Source: Eledone cirrhosa
Taxonomy: Eukaryota
DNA length: 64,000 nucleotides
Reading direction: 5' to 3'
Assembly: GCA_964016885.1 (NCBI GenBank)
Contig: OZ024740.1
Span: 76,012,001-76,076,000 of the forward strand
Shown: piece after piece, positions 60,479-64,000 of the stretch
Position numbering within the stretch: position 1 is the stretch's first letter
How the letters are laid out: the number at the start of each line of letters is the position of its first letter
The notes under the pieces: generated by a model
What the model was told of the DNA's origin: nothing
The model's input: the letters and a program-made list of their open reading frames with translations, nothing else
Databases searched by the model: none
Position numbers and translations under genes: made by a program

Positions 60479-63400
60479 ATGACCTCACTCAGAATAGGCA
60501 GCATAAATGCGCGTGGCTTGGGGTCGTCATGGAAGCAGGGTCACCTGCTCAACGACCTCAGGTCACTAAACATAGATGTAGTGGCCATCAGCGAGACCAG
60601 AATCTCCGAAGCACGGGCCTTCGCACCGATCTTCGGCGGCTACGATGTGTACGCATCTCCCAGCCGTCCTGGATCGGGTGGAGGAGTTGCTGTGCTTTTT
60701 CGGAGAGGTTTGGATCTCGCCATACGGGCCATCTTCCTGGACCCAGAGGGTAAGCTGGTGGTGCTGGACGTGACCAGCGGAGACGGGCAAGCTTTCAGGC
60801 TAGTGGCCGTCTATGCCCCGACAGGAGCAGGGCGGCCTGATTTCTTCCGGCGTCTGGAGACCTTTCTTGGAACGTCGCGCTCTTTAGTGTTAGTGGGCGA
60901 CTGGAACGGGATCTTAGATGCACGCTGGGACTGTGTGGGATTAGCGGATAGGGGTGGAGGGTGCAAGAGCCTCACCAACCTGCTCAGGCGTTTTGAACTG
61001 TCTGACAGGTACCGATTGGATTTCCCGAATGTGCCAATGTGGACTTGGACAAACCGCATAGGGTCATCCAGATCATATCTAGATAGAGTATTTTGTAGGG
61101 AAATAGATAGGTCTAGCATAGGCTGTCCACAATTCAAGATAGTCAGCTACACGGACCACAAATTCGTGACCTGTGTGCTTGACTTAGATAGGCTTCATAG
61201 ACGAGGACCCGGCTACTGGAAGCTAAACGCGTCCTTACCAGCGCGCAAGGCCTACAGAGACCGGATTAGCGAACTAGTTAAGCGGGCGTTGACGGGGGCC
61301 ATCGTCAACAACAAGTGGTGGTTTGCTCTGAAAAGAGCGATTAGAATAGAATCGATTAGGTTTAGTAAGGCTTTAGCAATAGAGAAAAATAGAGCAGAGT
61401 GAGAACTAGTTAGAAAATTAGACGAGGCGCTTAGCAAAGGCATTGCGACCGACGTGCTTGCGGCGAAATTGGCCCTTGACCAATTCTTCAATGCAAAGCA
61501 CGAAGGCTGCGTTGTCAGAGCTAGGGTGCGTGCTCTCAGACACGAGGGGACGAAAGCCGTTCAATGGGCCCGAGTGGCGGAGGCGCGTCGTGGCAACAAA
61601 GCCACGATCCGGTCTTTGGTGGACCACGACGGGCGCATGCTACTCGATCCCGGGCAAATGTGTGAAGCTTTTCAGCGACACTTCGCTCAGCTGTTCGGGG
61701 GCAGCGGGGGGCCGGGTAGAGGGATGGACTTTAGTGTCTACCTCGACGGACTGCCGCGGCTCTCGGCCACTGAGGCGAAGTGTTGCGAAAAGCCGATAAC
61801 AGCCGCTGAAGTAAGGGAGGCAATGACTGGCTGCACAAGGGGTAAATCGCCTGGTTTGGATGGTCTGCCCTATGAACTTTACGTACAGATGCCAGACTTG
61901 TTCGGAGGCCTCTTGGCGGACGTCTACTGCAACTGGCAACAGAACGGGAGAATTCCCAGTTCTGTGAGCCGAGGAGCGGTGGCACTGCTGAGAAAGGATC
62001 CGAACAAGGGGGATAACATAGACAATTTCCGGCCCATAACTCTGCTAAACACAGAGTTTAAGATTTTGGCCAAGGTTCTAGCAAAGAGGTTGGCGCTTGT
62101 CGTTGGTGGTCTGGTGGGAGAGGCGCAGACATGCGCCATTCCCGACAGATCCATCCACGACAACCTCCACCTCATGCGATACATCGTAGAGAGGGTAGCT
62201 AGGGAACCTGGCACGGGTGGGTCCTTGATCAATTTAGATCAGTCGAAAGCTTTCGATAGGGTCGACCATCGTTACCTAGCGGCAGTCCTGAGGGCGGCTG
62301 GCTTTGGGCCCGTCTTCAGAGGCTGGATCGCTGCCATGCACAGCGACATCTGCTCTGTAGTGAGAGTGAACGGTCACCTGTCGGAACCGTTCAACATCAT
62401 GCGCTCGGTCCGCCAAGGATGTCCCCTCTCGTCCCTCTTGTACGTATTGACTCTCGAGCCATTACTGCACAAACTGGAGACGTTGAGGGGAGTTCCGCGC
62501 GAACTAGGATGCGGAAGATCCGTGTCAGCATATGCGGACGATGTCACCGTAGTGGTGTCGAACGCCAAACACATCGAGGCGATCGGCACTACACTAAGAG
62601 AATACGAAGCGGTGACAGGAGCAATGATCAACCAGGAAAAGTCAGTGGGCCTGCAGCTCGGCACCTGGAGAGGCAGGTCCATGCCGTCCAACAGCGTCGT
62701 CGGGCGCTGGACGGACGGACCGGTTAAATTGCTAGGGGTCTGGTTCGGTCCGGACCTCCAGACGGACAAAAACTGGGACGAGGTGACGAGCAGGGTGGCT
62801 TCTCTCACCCAGAAATGGGCGGAGAGGAAGCTATCCCTGAAAAGTCGAGCGGAGGTGGCTAACGCGTACATCGCGTCTGTCATCTGCTACCGCCTAACCG
62901 TCGTACCTTGTCCTAAGCCTCGCCTGACTGCGCTGGAGCGTTTGCTCTTTCGCTTTTTGTGGAAGGGACGCGCTCCGATGGTCAGGCGGTCCATCTGTTG
63001 TCAACACCCGCTACGTGGAGGGCTGGGCATGCCGTGGCTGATGATGCGCAGGCACGCGCTCAGGCTACGACATCTCCACCTCTTCCTCGACGGTGATCAG
63101 GTGTGGTCGCCGTTTGCTAGACGCGTTTTTCCCCAGCTCGTTTCTTTGACGGAGCTGCAGTCCTGGGTCAAGCGAAGACCGAGAGGGAGCGCCTGGAGAC
63201 TGGAATGTCTTCAGGCGCTCACAGCCCTCGACCAATCGGGCAATGTGATCGGTGGAAACTCCACCTCGGCGTTCTATAGAGGATTAGTGGAGGGGAAGAG
63301 CGACGACGTACTTGGGGAAACTCTAGGCGTCGACGAAAATCAACTAGCCAATCTCTTCGGAAGAACTTTCGGGCCAGGGCCTATGGACAACTTCCAGAAA

Positions 63401-63898
63401 TCTCTGGCCTGGCAGTGCTACCGAGGAGCCTTGCCAGTTCGGGATAAACTCTACAGGCATGGAGGTGCCGTCAGCCGGGCATGTCCGAGATGCGCGCAGG
63501 GCGACGAAACCGTCCTGCACGCACTCGTCCAGTGTCCGAAAATTGCTGACTTGTGGGTTTATGTCGAACACCTGCTGTCGCGTTTAGGACGGATCCAGCT
63601 ATCATCTGAGTCTATCGTGAGGATTGCCCCGCCCTCCTCCTTTAGCCGGGAAGGGCAGGCAGTTTTTATCTGTCTGGTGGCCATGGCGAAAGAGATAGTA
63701 TGGTGGACACGTTTGAAAGGGCTGAAGACGAGCACTTACCTCTTCGGTGATGCTCTGATTGACTTTTTCAAATTTCATTTGAAAAGGAAAATCAGAGTAG
63801 AGAAGGAAGTGCTCTCTTCCCAGCATTTTGTTGAAAGATGGGTGAGAGAAGCAAGAATGGCCCGAGTGAATGGGCCGACTCTGAGTATATATCTGTAA
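60479..63898 (+). pseudogene. LINE ORF2 (APE-RT-zinc finger) with one in-frame TGA at 61400-61402
   Basis: ORFs 60479-61402 and 61454-63898 are in the same frame (offset 975 nt) and separated by a single stop. Confidence 0.88.
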
Positions 63899-64000
63899 AC
63901 TAAAGGTGGAAAACTGGGAGAGGGCACTTGCCTTGGTGGTCAGGGTCATTGTGGCTTTTTACTGGGCTTTCTCCACAAATGTCCCTCCGAAGTCTCCCCC

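Larger units (their letters stand above)
58121..64000 (+). mobile_element. Tx1/L1-clade LINE, apparently full length at the 5' end; 3' UTR runs off the window
   Basis: ORF1 pieces at 58335-60443 include the CCHC knuckle CFRCGSKTHLRAFC. ORF2 at 60479-63898 has APE (SINARGL, GDWN, YLDR, TDH), RT (SPGLDG, DQSKAFDRV, RQGCPLS, AYADD) and a C-terminal CPRC..ETVLHALVQC. Confidence 0.93.

Overview
AT-rich, transposon-dense eukaryotic DNA. It looks like a coleoid cephalopod such as Octopus, judging from the RTE/SINE/R4/Tx1 repeat landscape; this is inference and was not verified. The dominant structure is a ~45 kb palindrome: two ~14 kb inverted arms (6377-20301 and 37295-51607) around a ~17 kb spacer. 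Each arm carries one intact, intronless caspase-3/7-type effector caspase. The two genes are divergently oriented and differ at only 2 CDS nucleotides. Arm identity decays outward, and a shared MITE-in-RTE insertion just outside both arms is about 8% diverged, which suggests an old palindrome kept homogeneous by arm-to-arm gene conversion. The spacer holds a CR1-like LINE interrupted by a non-autonomous tRNA-Trp-primed LTR element, an ~8 kb 17-bp minisatellite near its centre, a Penelope-like RT remnant and a truncated LTR. Right of the palindrome are a minimal hammerhead-like motif, two R4/Dong LINE copies and a near-intact Tx1/L1-like LINE clustered on (TAA)n microsatellites. All alignments and difference counts were done by eye.
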